Source: an uncultured Alphaproteobacteria bacterium (GTDB taxonomy: Bacteria; Pseudomonadota; Alphaproteobacteria; Rhizobiales; Xanthobacteraceae). Taken from it: DNA of 64,000 nt. This document shows, piece after piece, positions 11,899 through 22,044 of the stretch. Under the pieces are notes generated by a model. It saw nothing but the letters and a program-made list of their open reading frames with translations, was not told the DNA's origin and did not search any database. The DNA lies in contig CAVVEA010000012.1 in NCBI GenBank assembly GCA_963747165.1, positions 114,595-178,594 of the forward strand. Direction: 5' to 3'. The first letter of the stretch is position 1. Each line of letters opens with the position of its first letter. A program made the position numbers and the translations under genes.

Positions 11899-12719
11899 AC
11901 GACCTTTCCGTATCCGTGAGTGTTCCAAGCGCGCCGCTGCCGTCGATGTCAGGTCAGGCGGAGGCGCCGGCCAAGGTGACCGCGCGCAACCTGAATTTTT
12001 ATTACGGCGAGCATCATGCGCTGAAGAACATCAACCTGACGCTCGGCACAAATCGCGTCACCGCCTTTATCGGGCCGTCCGGCTGCGGAAAGTCGACGCT
12101 GCTGCGGATATTCAATCGCATGTACGATCTTTATCCCGGCCAGCGCGCCACCGGTCAGGTCATGCTGGATTCCACCAACATCCTCGATCCCAAGCTCGAC
12201 CTCAATTTGCTGCGCGCGCGGGTCGGTATGGTGTTCCAGAAACCGACGCCGTTTCCGATGACGATCTACGAGAACATCGCCTTCGGCATCCGGCTCTACG
12301 AGAAGATCTCCAAATCCGAGATGGACGGCCGCGTCGAGAAGGCGCTGCGCGGCGGCGCGCTGTGGAACGAGGTCAAGGACAAGCTGAACGCCTCCGGCCT
12401 CAGCCTTTCCGGCGGACAGCAGCAGCGGCTCTGCATCGCCCGCACCGTGGCGGTGCGGCCCGAGGTGATCCTGTTCGACGAGCCGTGCTCGGCGCTCGAT
12501 CCGATCTCGACTGCAAAGGTCGAGGAACTGATCTCGGAACTGGCGGAGGATTACACCATCGCCATCGTCACTCATAACATGCAGCAGGCTGCCCGCGTCT
12601 CCGACAAGACCGCCTTCATGTATCTTGGCGAATTGATCGAATTCGACGAGACCAACAAGATCTTCACATCGCCGAGCGATCGACGCACCCAGGATTACAT
12701 CACCGGCCGCTTCGGCTGA
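11895..12719 (+). CDS. pstB: Phosphate ABC transporter ATPase PstB
   Basis: ATGA overlap with pstA; [31 protein letters not shown]-terminal YITGRFG. Confidence 0.95.
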   Translation: MNDLSVSVSVPSAPLPSMSGQAEAPAKVTARNLNFYYGEHHALKNINLTLGTNRVTAFIGPSGCGKSTLLRIFNRMYDLYPGQRATGQVMLDSTNILDPKLDLNLLRARVGMVFQKPTPFPMTIYENIAFGIRLYEKISKSEMDGRVEKALRGGALWNEVKDKLNASGLSLSGGQQQRLCIARTVAVRPEVILFDEPCSALDPISTAKVEELISELAEDYTIAIVTHNMQQAARVSDKTAFMYLGELIEFDETNKIFTSPSDRRTQDYITGRFG

Positions 12720-12729
12720 GGAGAGCAAC

Positions 12730-13446
12730 ATGGCTTCTGAACACACCGCAAAAGCGTTCGACAGCGATCTTCAGGAATTGACCCGGCTGGTCGCCGAGAT
12801 GGGCGGTCTTGCCGAACGGATGATCGTCGAATCCGTCGATGCGCTGATCCGCCGCGACGTCGCGCTCGGCAAGCGCGTCGTCGCCGCCGACGCCGAAATC
12901 GACAATCTGCAGCGTATTATCGAGGAGCGCGCGGTATTGACCATCGCCCGCCGCCAGCCGATGGCGATCGACCTGCGCGAAATCGTCGGCGCCATGCGGG
13001 TGGCCACCGATCTCGAGCGGATCGGGGACCTCGCCAAGAACATGGGCAAACGGGTGGCGGCGCTGGAAAGCGATTTCCAGCCGCTGAAGCTGATCCGCGG
13101 TCTCGAGCACATGACCGACCTGGTGCAGTCGCAGGTGAAATCGGTGCTCGACGCCTATGCGGCGCATGATTTACCGGCGGCGATGTCGGTGTGGAAGGGC
13201 GACGAGGAAGTCGACGCCATCTGCACCTCGCTGTTCCGCGAGCTGCTCACCTATATGATGGAAGATCCGCGCAACATCAGTTTCTGTATCCATTTGATGT
13301 TCTGCGCCAAGAACATCGAACGCATCGGCGATCACGCCACCAATATCGCGGAAACCGTATTTTACATGATAGAAGGTCAGCAGATGCTCGACAAGCGGCC
13401 GAAGGGCGACATGACGACGTTTGCCACCACCGTCCCTGGAAACTAG
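12730..13446 (+). CDS. phoU: Phosphate signalling protein PhoU
   Basis: ARRQPMAIDLR, DLERIGD, NIERIGDHATNIAE. Confidence 0.95.
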   Translation: MASEHTAKAFDSDLQELTRLVAEMGGLAERMIVESVDALIRRDVALGKRVVAADAEIDNLQRIIEERAVLTIARRQPMAIDLREIVGAMRVATDLERIGDLAKNMGKRVAALESDFQPLKLIRGLEHMTDLVQSQVKSVLDAYAAHDLPAAMSVWKGDEEVDAICTSLFRELLTYMMEDPRNISFCIHLMFCAKNIERIGDHATNIAETVFYMIEGQQMLDKRPKGDMTTFATTVPGN

Positions 13447-13453
13447 AATCAAG

Positions 13454-13505
13454 AGAGCGTTTCGAGTGAAGTGGAGACCGGTTCGCGTGAAGATAACGCG
13501 TCAAT
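13454..13505. repeat. Rhizobial intergenic palindromic (RIME-like) element
   Basis: AGAGCGTTTCGAGTGAAGTGGAGACCGGTTCGCGTGAAGATAACGCGTCAA; near-identical copy at 58407-58456. Confidence 0.65.
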
Positions 13506-13526
13506 TAAAAGAGAAGGCTTGAGCAT

Positions 13527-14231
13527 ATGAGCGCGCGCATTCTGGTGGTGGAAGACGAGGAAGCGCTCACCACGCTGTTGCGCTATAACCTCGACGCTGA
13601 AGGCTATGACGTCGAAACCGTCGGGCGTGGCGACGACGCCGACACCCGGCTGAAGGAGCGCGTCCCCGATCTGATCGTGCTCGACTGGATGCTGCCGGGC
13701 CTGTCCGGCATCGAGCTGTGCCGCAGGCTGCGGGCGCGGCCTGAGACCAGGTCGCTGCCGATCATCATGCTGACCGCGCGCGGCGAGGAAAGCGAACGGG
13801 TCAGGGGGCTGGCGACTGGCGCCGACGATTATATCGTCAAGCCGTTCTCGGTACCGGAACTGCTGGCGCGGGTGAAGGGATTGCTGCGCCGCGCCAGTCC
13901 CGAGCGCCTCGCCACCATACTCACCTATGGCGACATCGAGCTCGATCGCGAAAAGCGCCGCGTCGCCCGCTCCGGCCGGCCGATCGATCTCGGTCCGACC
14001 GAGTATCGCCTGCTGGAATTTTTCCTCGAGCATCCCGGCCGGGTGTTCAGCCGCGAGCAGCTGCTCGACAGCGTGTGGGGCCGCGATATCTATATCGACG
14101 AGCGCACCGTGGACGTGCATATCGGACGGCTGCGCAAATTGCTGAATCCCGGCCGCGAGCAGGATCCGATCCGCACCGTGCGCGGCGCCGGCTACGCGCT
14201 GGACGATCGGTTTGCGAAAGCGGCGGAGTAG
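13527..14231 (+). CDS. phoB: Phosphate regulon response regulator PhoB
   Basis: Receiver domain (VVEDE, LDWMLPG, KPF) plus OmpR-type winged helix (ERTVDVHIGRLRK, RTVRGAGY). Confidence 0.95.
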   Translation: MSARILVVEDEEALTTLLRYNLDAEGYDVETVGRGDDADTRLKERVPDLIVLDWMLPGLSGIELCRRLRARPETRSLPIIMLTARGEESERVRGLATGADDYIVKPFSVPELLARVKGLLRRASPERLATILTYGDIELDREKRRVARSGRPIDLGPTEYRLLEFFLEHPGRVFSREQLLDSVWGRDIYIDERTVDVHIGRLRKLLNPGREQDPIRTVRGAGYALDDRFAKAAE

Positions 14232-14247
14232 CGATCACATCGATGGT

Positions 14248-14372
14248 CGTCGTCCCGGCGAACGCCGGGAACCATACTCCGTGACGTATCGATTTTGGCA
14301 ATCTGCTGATCGAACATCTCACACAACCACGAAGGCCAGTGGTTATGGGTCCCGGCGTTCGCCGGGACGACG
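14248..14372. repeat. REPIN-like inverted pair of CGTC-type REPs
   Basis: CGTC-GTCCCGGCGAACGCCGGGA...ATGGGTCCCGGCGTTCGCCGGGAC-GACG, between convergent phoB and gcrA. Confidence 0.85.
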
Positions 14373-14414
14373 ATGGATGGATTTCGCGTTGGCGGCGTGG
14401 CGGCGAGGCAAGTC

Positions 14415-14477
14415 TGGATTGCTTCGCCACTTGCGCTCCCTTGCGCAAACGCTTCGCGTTTGTCGCAGGTAATGACG
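14415..14477. repeat. Single CGTC-ATTGC-type REP with expanded loop (inverted orientation)
   Basis: TGGATTGCTTCG...GGTAATGACG, same ends as the copies at 19857, 33987 and 45294. Confidence 0.6.
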
Positions 14478-14483
14478 ACGAGG

Positions 14484-14993
14484 TTACCTCGTCGGCTTCG
14501 TCGGCTGGCGGCGGCGATCGCTGGCCGGCTGATAGGCGATGCGCGAGTGATGTGCGCAATACGGTAAACTGGTGAGCGCCTTGCCGCCGCAGAAAAAGAA
14601 TTCCGAACTGGAGGGATCGCCGATCGGCCAGTGGCAGGTGGCCTCGCTCAGTTCCAGCAGCGACAGCCGCTGGCTCATCGGCACCACATTGTCGTAGGCG
14701 ATCGGATCCGGCTCCATCTCGACTTCGAATGCGTGGGCCAGCGCGGTGTTGCCGCGCGAGACCGGGCGCGAAACCCGCATCATGTGCTGGGCCGGGCGCG
14801 CCTTGCGCTGCCGCGGGGCCGCCGAGGAGGGGCTCTTGGCGCGGCCGGAAAGGCCCAGCCGGTGGACTTTGCCAATCACGGCGTTTCGGGTCACATTTCC
14901 GAGTTCCGCGGCGATCTGGCTGGCCGAAAGCCCGCCTTCCCAGAGTTTTTTCAATTGCTCGACGCGGTCGTCGGTCCAGGTCAATACCGTCAT
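14484..14993 (-). CDS. gcrA: Cell-cycle regulator GcrA
   Basis: WTDDRVEQLKKLW..G.SASQIA.ELG.VTRNAVIGKVHRLGL; C-terminal C.WPIGDP...FCG...YC..H. Confidence 0.93.
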   Translation of the reverse strand: MTVLTWTDDRVEQLKKLWEGGLSASQIAAELGNVTRNAVIGKVHRLGLSGRAKSPSSAAPRQRKARPAQHMMRVSRPVSRGNTALAHAFEVEMEPDPIAYDNVVPMSQRLSLLELSEATCHWPIGDPSSSEFFFCGGKALTSLPYCAHHSRIAYQPASDRRRQPTKPTR

Positions 14994-15284
14994 CGCTCTC
15001 TTCCCTTCGTGTCGCGCCGGCCATTCTCGAAGCGGCGGTGCGACTCCAAATCTTCAAAAACCCCTGCAGGCAGAATCCCTTAGCCCTCGCCCGACGCGGA
15101 ATGCGCGCCTTGCGTTTACGCTGAACACTGGGAACGGGTGAGAATTAGAACTGCCGCACGAGATGTCGTACCCGACAGCCCAAAAGATACAATATGCCGT
15201 GACTCCCGCGCAAGAGTCCGGCGCGACGCGTCCACACATTCCGTGCGGTAAACGGATCCCCAGCTTGCGGGTTCCATTGCCAGG

Positions 15285-15312
15285 TTGACAGCTATCGCCG
15301 CGCGCATAGAAT
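15285..15312 (+). promoter_or_regulatory. Sigma70-type promoter upstream of argD
   Basis: TTGACA-N16-TAGAAT. Confidence 0.6.
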
Positions 15313-15319
15313 GGTCCGC

Positions 15320-15354
15320 ACGTGCCGCCCCGAAAAGGCGGCACGTTTTGTTTT
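15320..15354 (+). terminator. Terminator-like hairpin in the argD leader
   Basis: Perfect 10-bp stem ACGTGCCGCC/GGCGGCACGT, 7-nt loop, followed by TTTGTTTT. Confidence 0.55.
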
Positions 15355-15416
15355 CCGGGACTGGATGTCGATGCGAGCCGCGCCAATGCGTGCATCGTGG
15401 CCAGCCCTAACCTTCA

Positions 15417-16633
15417 GTGATCGCCATGAACAACAGCGCGACGTCGCATCTGCTTCCCGTATTCGCCAGGGTCGATCTCGGTTTTGAACGCGGCGAGGGA
15501 GCCTGGCTGATCGCCACCAATGGCGAGCGCTATCTCGATTTCACCTCGGGCGTCGCGGTCAATGCGCTGGGCCATGCCCATCCGCATCTGGTCGCAGCGT
15601 TGCAGGAGCAGGCGACGAAACTGTGGCACATGTCGAACCTGTTCAAGAGCCCGGATGGCGAGCGGCTCGCGGCAAGGCTGTGCGAACAAAGTTTCGCCGA
15701 CTTCGTGTTCTTCGCCAACTCCGGCGCCGAGGCGATGGAATGCGCGATCAAGATCACGCGCAAGCATCACGCCGCCAAGGGGCACCCCGAGCGCTATCGC
15801 ATCATCACCTTCGACGGCGCATTTCACGGACGAACGCTGGCGACCTTGGCTGCGACCGGTTCGCCGAAATATCTCGAAGGTTTTGGGCCGCCGATGGATG
15901 GCTTCGATCAGGTCACGCTCGGTGACCTCGATGCCGTCAAGAAGGCGATCGGTCCGCACACCGCGGGCATCCTGATCGAACCGCTGCAGGGCGAAGGCGG
16001 CGTGCGCGCGGCGCCGCATGCATTCTTCAAGGCGCTGCGCCAGCTCTGCGACGACAATGGCCTGCTCTTGATCTTCGATGAGGTGCAGACCGGGATGGGC
16101 CGCACCGGCGATCTGTTCGCCTACAAGCGCATCGGTGTCACGCCGGACGTGATGCCGCTGGCGAAAGCGCTCGGCGGCGGTTTTCCGATCGGCGCCTGCC
16201 TCGCCACCGCCGATGCCGCGGCCGGCATGACGCCGGGCTCGCACGGTTCGACCTTCGGCGGCAATCCGCTGGCGGTGGCGGCTGCGAACGCGGTGCTGGA
16301 CGTGATGCTGAAGCCCGGCTTCTTCGAGCACGCGCAGAAGATGTCGCTGCTGCTGAAACAGAAGCTGGCCTCGGTGGTCGACCGTCACCCGGATGTGCTT
16401 GCCGAGGTGCGCGGCGAGGGGCTGCTGATCGGTCTGAAGGCGGTGGTGCCGTCGGGGGATCTGGTGACGGCGCTGCGCGCTCAAAAGCTTCTGACCGTCG
16501 GCGCCGGAGAAAACGTGGTCCGGTTCCTGCCGCCGCTGATCGTGACCGAGGCGGAAATCGAGGAAGCGGTCGCCCGGCTCGAGCGCGCCTGTGTGACGCT
16601 TTCGGGCGACAAGTTGAAGCGGGCGGCGGGACA

Positions 16634-16637
<4 letters not shown>
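15417..16637 (+). CDS. argD: Acetylornithine aminotransferase (start may be the ATG at 15426)
   Basis: Class III PLP enzyme: [49 protein letters not shown]; in an operon with argF. Confidence 0.93.
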
Positions 16638-17560
<923 letters not shown>

Positions 17561-17583
17561 CCGCGCGTGCACAACAACAACAT

Positions 17584-17703
17584 CGTCGTCCCAGCGAACG
17601 CCGGGACCCATACCGCGTGATCTGTCTGTCTTTGCGATGTGGTAGACGCTCTGCGCAACACTACGACCGGCGGCTATGGGTCCCGGCGCTCGCCGGGACG
17701 ACG
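17584..17703. repeat. REPIN-like inverted pair of CGTC-type REPs
   Basis: CGTC-GTCCCAGCGAACGCCGGGAC-CCA ... TGGGTCCCGGCGCTCGCCGGGAC-GACG. Confidence 0.85.
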
Positions 17704-17758
17704 CTCCACTGATTGCTGCCCCTTTCGATTTGCACCTCGCGACCCCAGATAAAGCGCC

Positions 17759-18763
17759 ATGACTTCACAATTCCCCGATAGCAAAATCTCCGTCGAAAAC
17801 ACCATCCGCGCGCCGTCGGCCGTTCCGGTCGACGACGCGGTGCTGCCATTCGAGGTCGCCGCGCTCGATCTGCGCGGCCGCCTGACCCGGCTCGGTCCCG
17901 CGCTCGACGACGTCCTGACCAAGCACGATTATCCGCCCGCCGTCGGCAAGCTGCTGGGCGAGGCGATCGTGCTGACGACGCTGCTCGGCTCATCGCTGAA
18001 ATTCGATGGCCGCTTCATCCTGCAGACCCAGACCGACGGCCCGGTGTCGTTCCTGATTGTGGATTTCCAGGCGCCGGATCGCTTGCGCGCCTATGCCCGC
18101 TTCGATGCGAAGCGACTCGAGGACGGGCTGGATTCCGGCGCGCTCCTGGGACGCGGCCATCTCGCCATGACCATCGATCAGGGCGCCGACATGAGCCGCT
18201 ATCAGGGTCTGGTGGCGCTCGAAGGCGGCAGCCTCGAAGACGCCGCCCATGAATATTTTCTGCGCTCCGAACAGATCCCGACCCGGGTGCGGCTGGCGGT
18301 CGGCGAGGAATGGCGCGGCGGCGGTGAAGGCCCAAGGCATCGCTGGCGAGCCGGCGGCATGCTGCTGCAATTCCTGCCCAAGGCGCCGGAGCGGGCGCGG
18401 CAGGCCGATCTGCATCCCGGCGACGCGCCCGAGGGCGCCGTGACCCACACCATCGAGGAAGACGATGCCTGGATCGAGGGCCAGTCGCTGATCTCGACCG
18501 TCGAGGATGTCGAATTGATCGATCCCGATCTGTCGGGAGAGCGGCTGCTGTATCGTTTGTTTCACGAGCGCGGCGTGCGGGTGTTCCCACCGCTGCCGCT
18601 GCGGGCGCAATGTTCATGCTCGCGCGAGGCGGTCTCCTCGATGCTCGCGAGCTTCACCGCCGGCGACCGCGCCGACATGGTGAAGGACGGCAAGGTGGTC
18701 GTGACCTGCGAGTTCTGCAGCTCGGTCTATGCTTTCACGCCGGAAGAAGCCGGCGTGGAGTAA
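17759..18763 (+). CDS. hslO: Hsp33 redox-regulated chaperone
   Basis: YFLRSEQIPT, AGGMLLQFLP, zinc motif CSCS...CEFC. Confidence 0.92.
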   Translation: MTSQFPDSKISVENTIRAPSAVPVDDAVLPFEVAALDLRGRLTRLGPALDDVLTKHDYPPAVGKLLGEAIVLTTLLGSSLKFDGRFILQTQTDGPVSFLIVDFQAPDRLRAYARFDAKRLEDGLDSGALLGRGHLAMTIDQGADMSRYQGLVALEGGSLEDAAHEYFLRSEQIPTRVRLAVGEEWRGGGEGPRHRWRAGGMLLQFLPKAPERARQADLHPGDAPEGAVTHTIEEDDAWIEGQSLISTVEDVELIDPDLSGERLLYRLFHERGVRVFPPLPLRAQCSCSREAVSSMLASFTAGDRADMVKDGKVVVTCEFCSSVYAFTPEEAGVE

Positions 18764-18845
18764 GCGGGTACCCCCTCGACGGATCGCAATTCGTGCGTGT
18801 AAGTTCCCCCGCCATCGCTCGATGGCCTGATGGGCTGGGGATCAC

Positions 18846-19226
18846 ATGATGCGAATTGTATTGGCTGGCTTGGGACTACTGCTGTCGATCGTTTCGGCAC
18901 AGGCGGACAAGGTGGTGGCGTCCGGCAGGCCGCTGAAACTCTACGAGGCTTATTCCACCAATCCGGACTGCACTTCCGCCGGGGCCGTCGTGTTGCGGAT
19001 TGCGCAGCCGCCTTCCCACGGGCGTGTCTCGATAAATCAGGGCGGCGTGTTTCCGAGCTTTCCGCTGTCCAATCCCAGAAGCGTATGCAACCGGCGGCGC
19101 GTCCCGGGCGTGCATGCGACTTACGTCTCCGAACGCGGCTACCTCGGCCCGGATCTTGTCGTGCTGCAAGCTCTTTTTCCCTCGGGGCGCGGCGTCAACA
19201 TCACCGTCGCGATCCGCGTCATGTAG
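18846..19226 (+). CDS. Small secreted hypothetical protein, possibly Ig-like fold
   Basis: Signal peptide ending SAQA, two Cys, and a Y....GY.G.D pattern reminiscent of bacterial Ig/cadherin-like repeats. Confidence 0.65.
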   Translation: MMRIVLAGLGLLLSIVSAQADKVVASGRPLKLYEAYSTNPDCTSAGAVVLRIAQPPSHGRVSINQGGVFPSFPLSNPRSVCNRRRVPGVHATYVSERGYLGPDLVVLQALFPSGRGVNITVAIRVM

Positions 19227-19251
19227 CGGACGCGCCGGATATCCCATCGAG

Positions 19252-19840
19252 TGATTTGCCCGTCGGGCGCTTTGTTGACGGGGCTGTCCATACCCCTTTG
19301 CAAAAATATTTCGCTTAACCCGTCGGGCAAATCATCTCTACAAGCTCGCGCCATCCCACCCCACCAGAGGGGCGTATCATGATCGTCACGAAACGCGGGG
19401 CGGGATGCGGTGGACGCGGCAGCGTCTTGCGCGCGAGGGGATCGCAGGGCGGGTCGAAAGACTTGTGAGCGATCAACAGCGTGCGGACGAGGGATGTTGC
19501 TACGTACGGCGAAGTCGTGTGGTCCTGACGCCCCGACGCTGGCGTCAAGTTCGCGGATGTTTTTGTCCGCCCAACCGGGCAGTGACAAAAACGTTAATCC
19601 GCAAACGACGGTGGCAAAAGAGCCCGGTCACCGGGGAGAGTACGAAGGAAACCGTTAAAACCATTGCGTGCGGGAATGCCGGGCGATTCCGGTGTACACG
19701 TTGTTGCTCGTGTGCGTTCTACCAATCAAAGTGCACACGAGGCCGCGGGTGCAGCGGGCACCCGGCATTCCCCACGCCCTCTTTGGGCGGAAAATAAAAG
19801 CAATGCCTCGGACGCTTGGCGTCGCGAGGTCGAAGACGTG
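19252..19840 (+). ncRNA. Candidate large structured non-coding RNA or non-autonomous repeat element of unknown class
   Basis: At least eight nested helices, including a perfect 12-bp GGGAATGCCGGG/CCCGGCATTCCC (19672-83/19761-72), 9-bp 19708-16/19733-41, 7-bp 19527-33/19541-47, a GAAA tetraloop, and a long-range closure 19366-75/19774-82. No convincing ORF. Strand is inferred. Confidence 0.6.
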
Positions 19841-19856
19841 CGCGAAACTACATCAA

Positions 19857-19935
19857 CGTCATTGCGAGCGCAGCGAAGCAATCCATGGCCGCAGCAAAAC
19901 GAAAGATGGATTGCTTCGCTGCGCTCGCAATGACG
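19857..19935. repeat. REPIN of CGTC-ATTGCG-type REPs
   Basis: CGTC-ATTGCGAGCGCAGCGAAGCAAT-CCA ... TGG-ATTGCTTCGCTGCGCTCGCAAT-GACG, a perfect inverted pair. Confidence 0.88.
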
Positions 19936-19988
19936 ATCTAAAAACCCGTCGTGGTTCTCGGCGAACCGAAGCGCAGCACACTCTCGGC

Positions 19989-20127
19989 CGTCATCGCCCG
20001 CCACCGGGTCGGCGCGTTGCGCCGCCCGATGACAGGCTCCGGCGGGCGATCCAGTATTCCAGAGACGCCAATGATTCAATCGAGAAGCTGCGGCGTACTG
20101 GATACCCCGCCTGCGCGGGGTATGACG
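19989..20127. repeat. REPIN-like CGTC-type pair with a nested hairpin insert
   Basis: CGTC-ATCGCCCG...CGGGCGAT-CCA and TGG-ATACCCCGCCTGCGCGGGGTAT-GACG. Confidence 0.8.
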
Positions 20128-20158
20128 AGTTGCTGTGGCGCGGCGCGCAACGTCATCC

Positions 20159-20551
20159 CTAATTCAACACCCGCTTGCTGTCGGGGCTGTCGAGCGAGAA
20201 GGTCGGTACGTCGATTTCGAACTGCTCGCCGCTTTCGGTCACCATCTTGTAGCGGCCGGTCATGATGCCCGAGGCGGTCGGCAGCGGCACGCCGCTGGTG
20301 TATTCGAACCGCTCGCCCGGCCCCAGCACCGGCTTCTCCCCGACCACGCCCTCGCCGCGGACGTTCTGCGTATGCCCGGTGGCGTCGGTGATGATCCAAT
20401 GCCGCGTCTGTAGTTGTACCGTCTCAGCGCCGGTGTTGGTGATGACGATGGTGTAGGACCAGAAATACTGACGGTTTTCGACCGACGAGCGCTCGGGGAG
20501 GAAGTTCGGCTCCACGGTAACTTCGATCTGGCGAGTGACGGCTCGGTACAT
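20159..20551 (-). CDS. apaG: ApaG (Co2+/Mg2+ efflux-associated) protein
   Basis: Y.I.I.N.G..TVQL..RHW.ITD, V.GEGVVGEKP.L.PGE.FEYTSG.PL....G.M.G.Y. Confidence 0.93.
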   Translation of the reverse strand: MYRAVTRQIEVTVEPNFLPERSSVENRQYFWSYTIVITNTGAETVQLQTRHWIITDATGHTQNVRGEGVVGEKPVLGPGERFEYTSGVPLPTASGIMTGRYKMVTESGEQFEIDVPTFSLDSPDSKRVLN

Positions 20552-20784
20552 GTGGGCGATTGTCCTGAAATCGTGATCCATCATAGCGAAAAAATCCGGG
20601 GGAACCAATCGCCAGGCCGCCTTTGCAGCCATATCGTAGGCATGCTGATCGTGGTTTCAACATAGTTCCGACCTAAAGCGCCCGCGCCGCCCAAGCCGCT
20701 TCCCGGCTTGTTTGCAACTTGCGGGCCGATATTATCATTCGTGTCGTGCAAGCGCGTAAATCCGACCTGCTCAAACGGTGCCCG

Positions 20785-22044
20785 ATGACGTCCATTGCCG
20801 ATCGAATTCCCGGGCCATCCCTCGCAGGCGCAGCGGAGGCTGGCGCGCGGGACGCGTCGGCTGCGGCCTCGGTGCCGGCGATTTCGCTGCCCGCCGCCGG
20901 CGAGCGCGAATTGCGGCTCGATCTGTTTCGCGGGCTGGCGCTGTGGCTGATCTTCATCGATCATCTGCCGCCCAATATTCTGACCTGGTTCACGATCCGC
21001 AATTACGGATTCAGCGACGCCACCGAGATCTTCATTTTCATCTCGGGCTACACGGCGGCGTTCGTCTACGGCCGCGCCATGCTCGAGTCGGGTTTCGTGG
21101 TGGCGACCGCGCGCATCCTGCGGCGGGTCTGGCAGATCTATGTCGCCCACGTGTTCCTGTTCACGATTTTCCTCGCCGAGATTTCCTACGTCGCCACCAG
21201 CTTCGAGAACCCGCTCTACACCGAAGAAATGGGCATCATGGATTTTCTCAAGCAGCCCGATGTCACCATCGTGCAGGCGCTGCTGCTGCGATTCCGTCCC
21301 GTCAACATGGACGTGCTGCCGCTCTATATCGTGCTGATGCTTTTTCTCCCCTTGATCCTCTGGCTGATGAAGTGGCGCGCCGACGTCACGTTGGCGTTGT
21401 CGGTGCTGCTCTATGCCGTCACCTGGCAGTACGATCTGTATCTGACGGCCTATCCGAACGGTTTCTGGGCCTTCAATCCGTTCGCCTGGCAATTGCTGTT
21501 CGTGTTCGGCGCCTGGTGCGCGCTGGGCGGCGCCAGGCGGATGTCGCGGATTCTTTCATCGCCGATCACGCTGTGGATTTCATTCGCCTATCTGCTGGCG
21601 GCGTTCTGCGTCACGCTGACATGGTATCTGCCGCAGTTGAGCCATTTGATGCCGCGCCGGATCGAACAGTGGATGTATCCGATCAACAAGACCGATCTCG
21701 ACGTGCTGCGGTTCGCGCATTTCCTGGCGCTGGCGGCGATCACCGTGCGCTTCCTGCCCAGGGACTGGCCGGGATTGAAATCGCCCTGGCTGCGCCCGCT
21801 TATCCTGTGCGGGCAGCATTCGCTGGAGATCTTCTGCCTCGGCGTGTTCCTGGCGTTCGCCGGGCATTTCGCGCTGGCGGAAATCTCAGGTGGTGCCGGG
21901 ATGCATTTCATTATCAGTATTTCCGGAATCCTCATTATGTCGGGGATGGCGTGGGTAATTTCGTGGTACAAGCACTCTGCCGACAAGAGTGCATCCCGGA
22001 CCAAAAGCACCGGCGGCAACGCCGATATGGCGGGAGGGGGCTGA
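20785..22044 (+). CDS. opgC: OpgC-family membrane acyltransferase (acyltransferase-3 clan)
   Basis: RELRLDLFRGLAL..IFIDH, GFSDATEIFIFISG, DVLPLY, FNPFAWQLLF, GQHSLEIF. Confidence 0.85.
   Translation: MTSIADRIPGPSLAGAAEAGARDASAAASVPAISLPAAGERELRLDLFRGLALWLIFIDHLPPNILTWFTIRNYGFSDATEIFIFISGYTAAFVYGRAMLESGFVVATARILRRVWQIYVAHVFLFTIFLAEISYVATSFENPLYTEEMGIMDFLKQPDVTIVQALLLRFRPVNMDVLPLYIVLMLFLPLILWLMKWRADVTLALSVLLYAVTWQYDLYLTAYPNGFWAFNPFAWQLLFVFGAWCALGGARRMSRILSSPITLWISFAYLLAAFCVTLTWYLPQLSHLMPRRIEQWMYPINKTDLDVLRFAHFLALAAITVRFLPRDWPGLKSPWLRPLILCGQHSLEIFCLGVFLAFAGHFALAEISGGAGMHFIISISGILIMSGMAWVISWYKHSADKSASRTKSTGGNADMAGGG

Noticed and set aside
19252-19840. Group II intron, RNase P or rRNA fragment as the identity of the large element
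   Set aside because: I found no GUGYG 5' end or domain V catalytic hairpin, no RNase P GAGGAAAGUCC core, and no rRNA-like conserved stretch; a covariance search is still needed.
19139-20162. Several ORFs of 80-160 aa across the structured element and REP cluster
   Set aside because: They lack an RBS or domain signal and occur in multiple overlapping frames; they are translations of palindromic non-coding DNA.
20778-22043. 674-aa ORF 20778-22802 read as one protein
   Set aside because: Only the part from the ATG at 22044 is a credible SGNH protein; the upstream part is an out-of-frame shadow of opgC.
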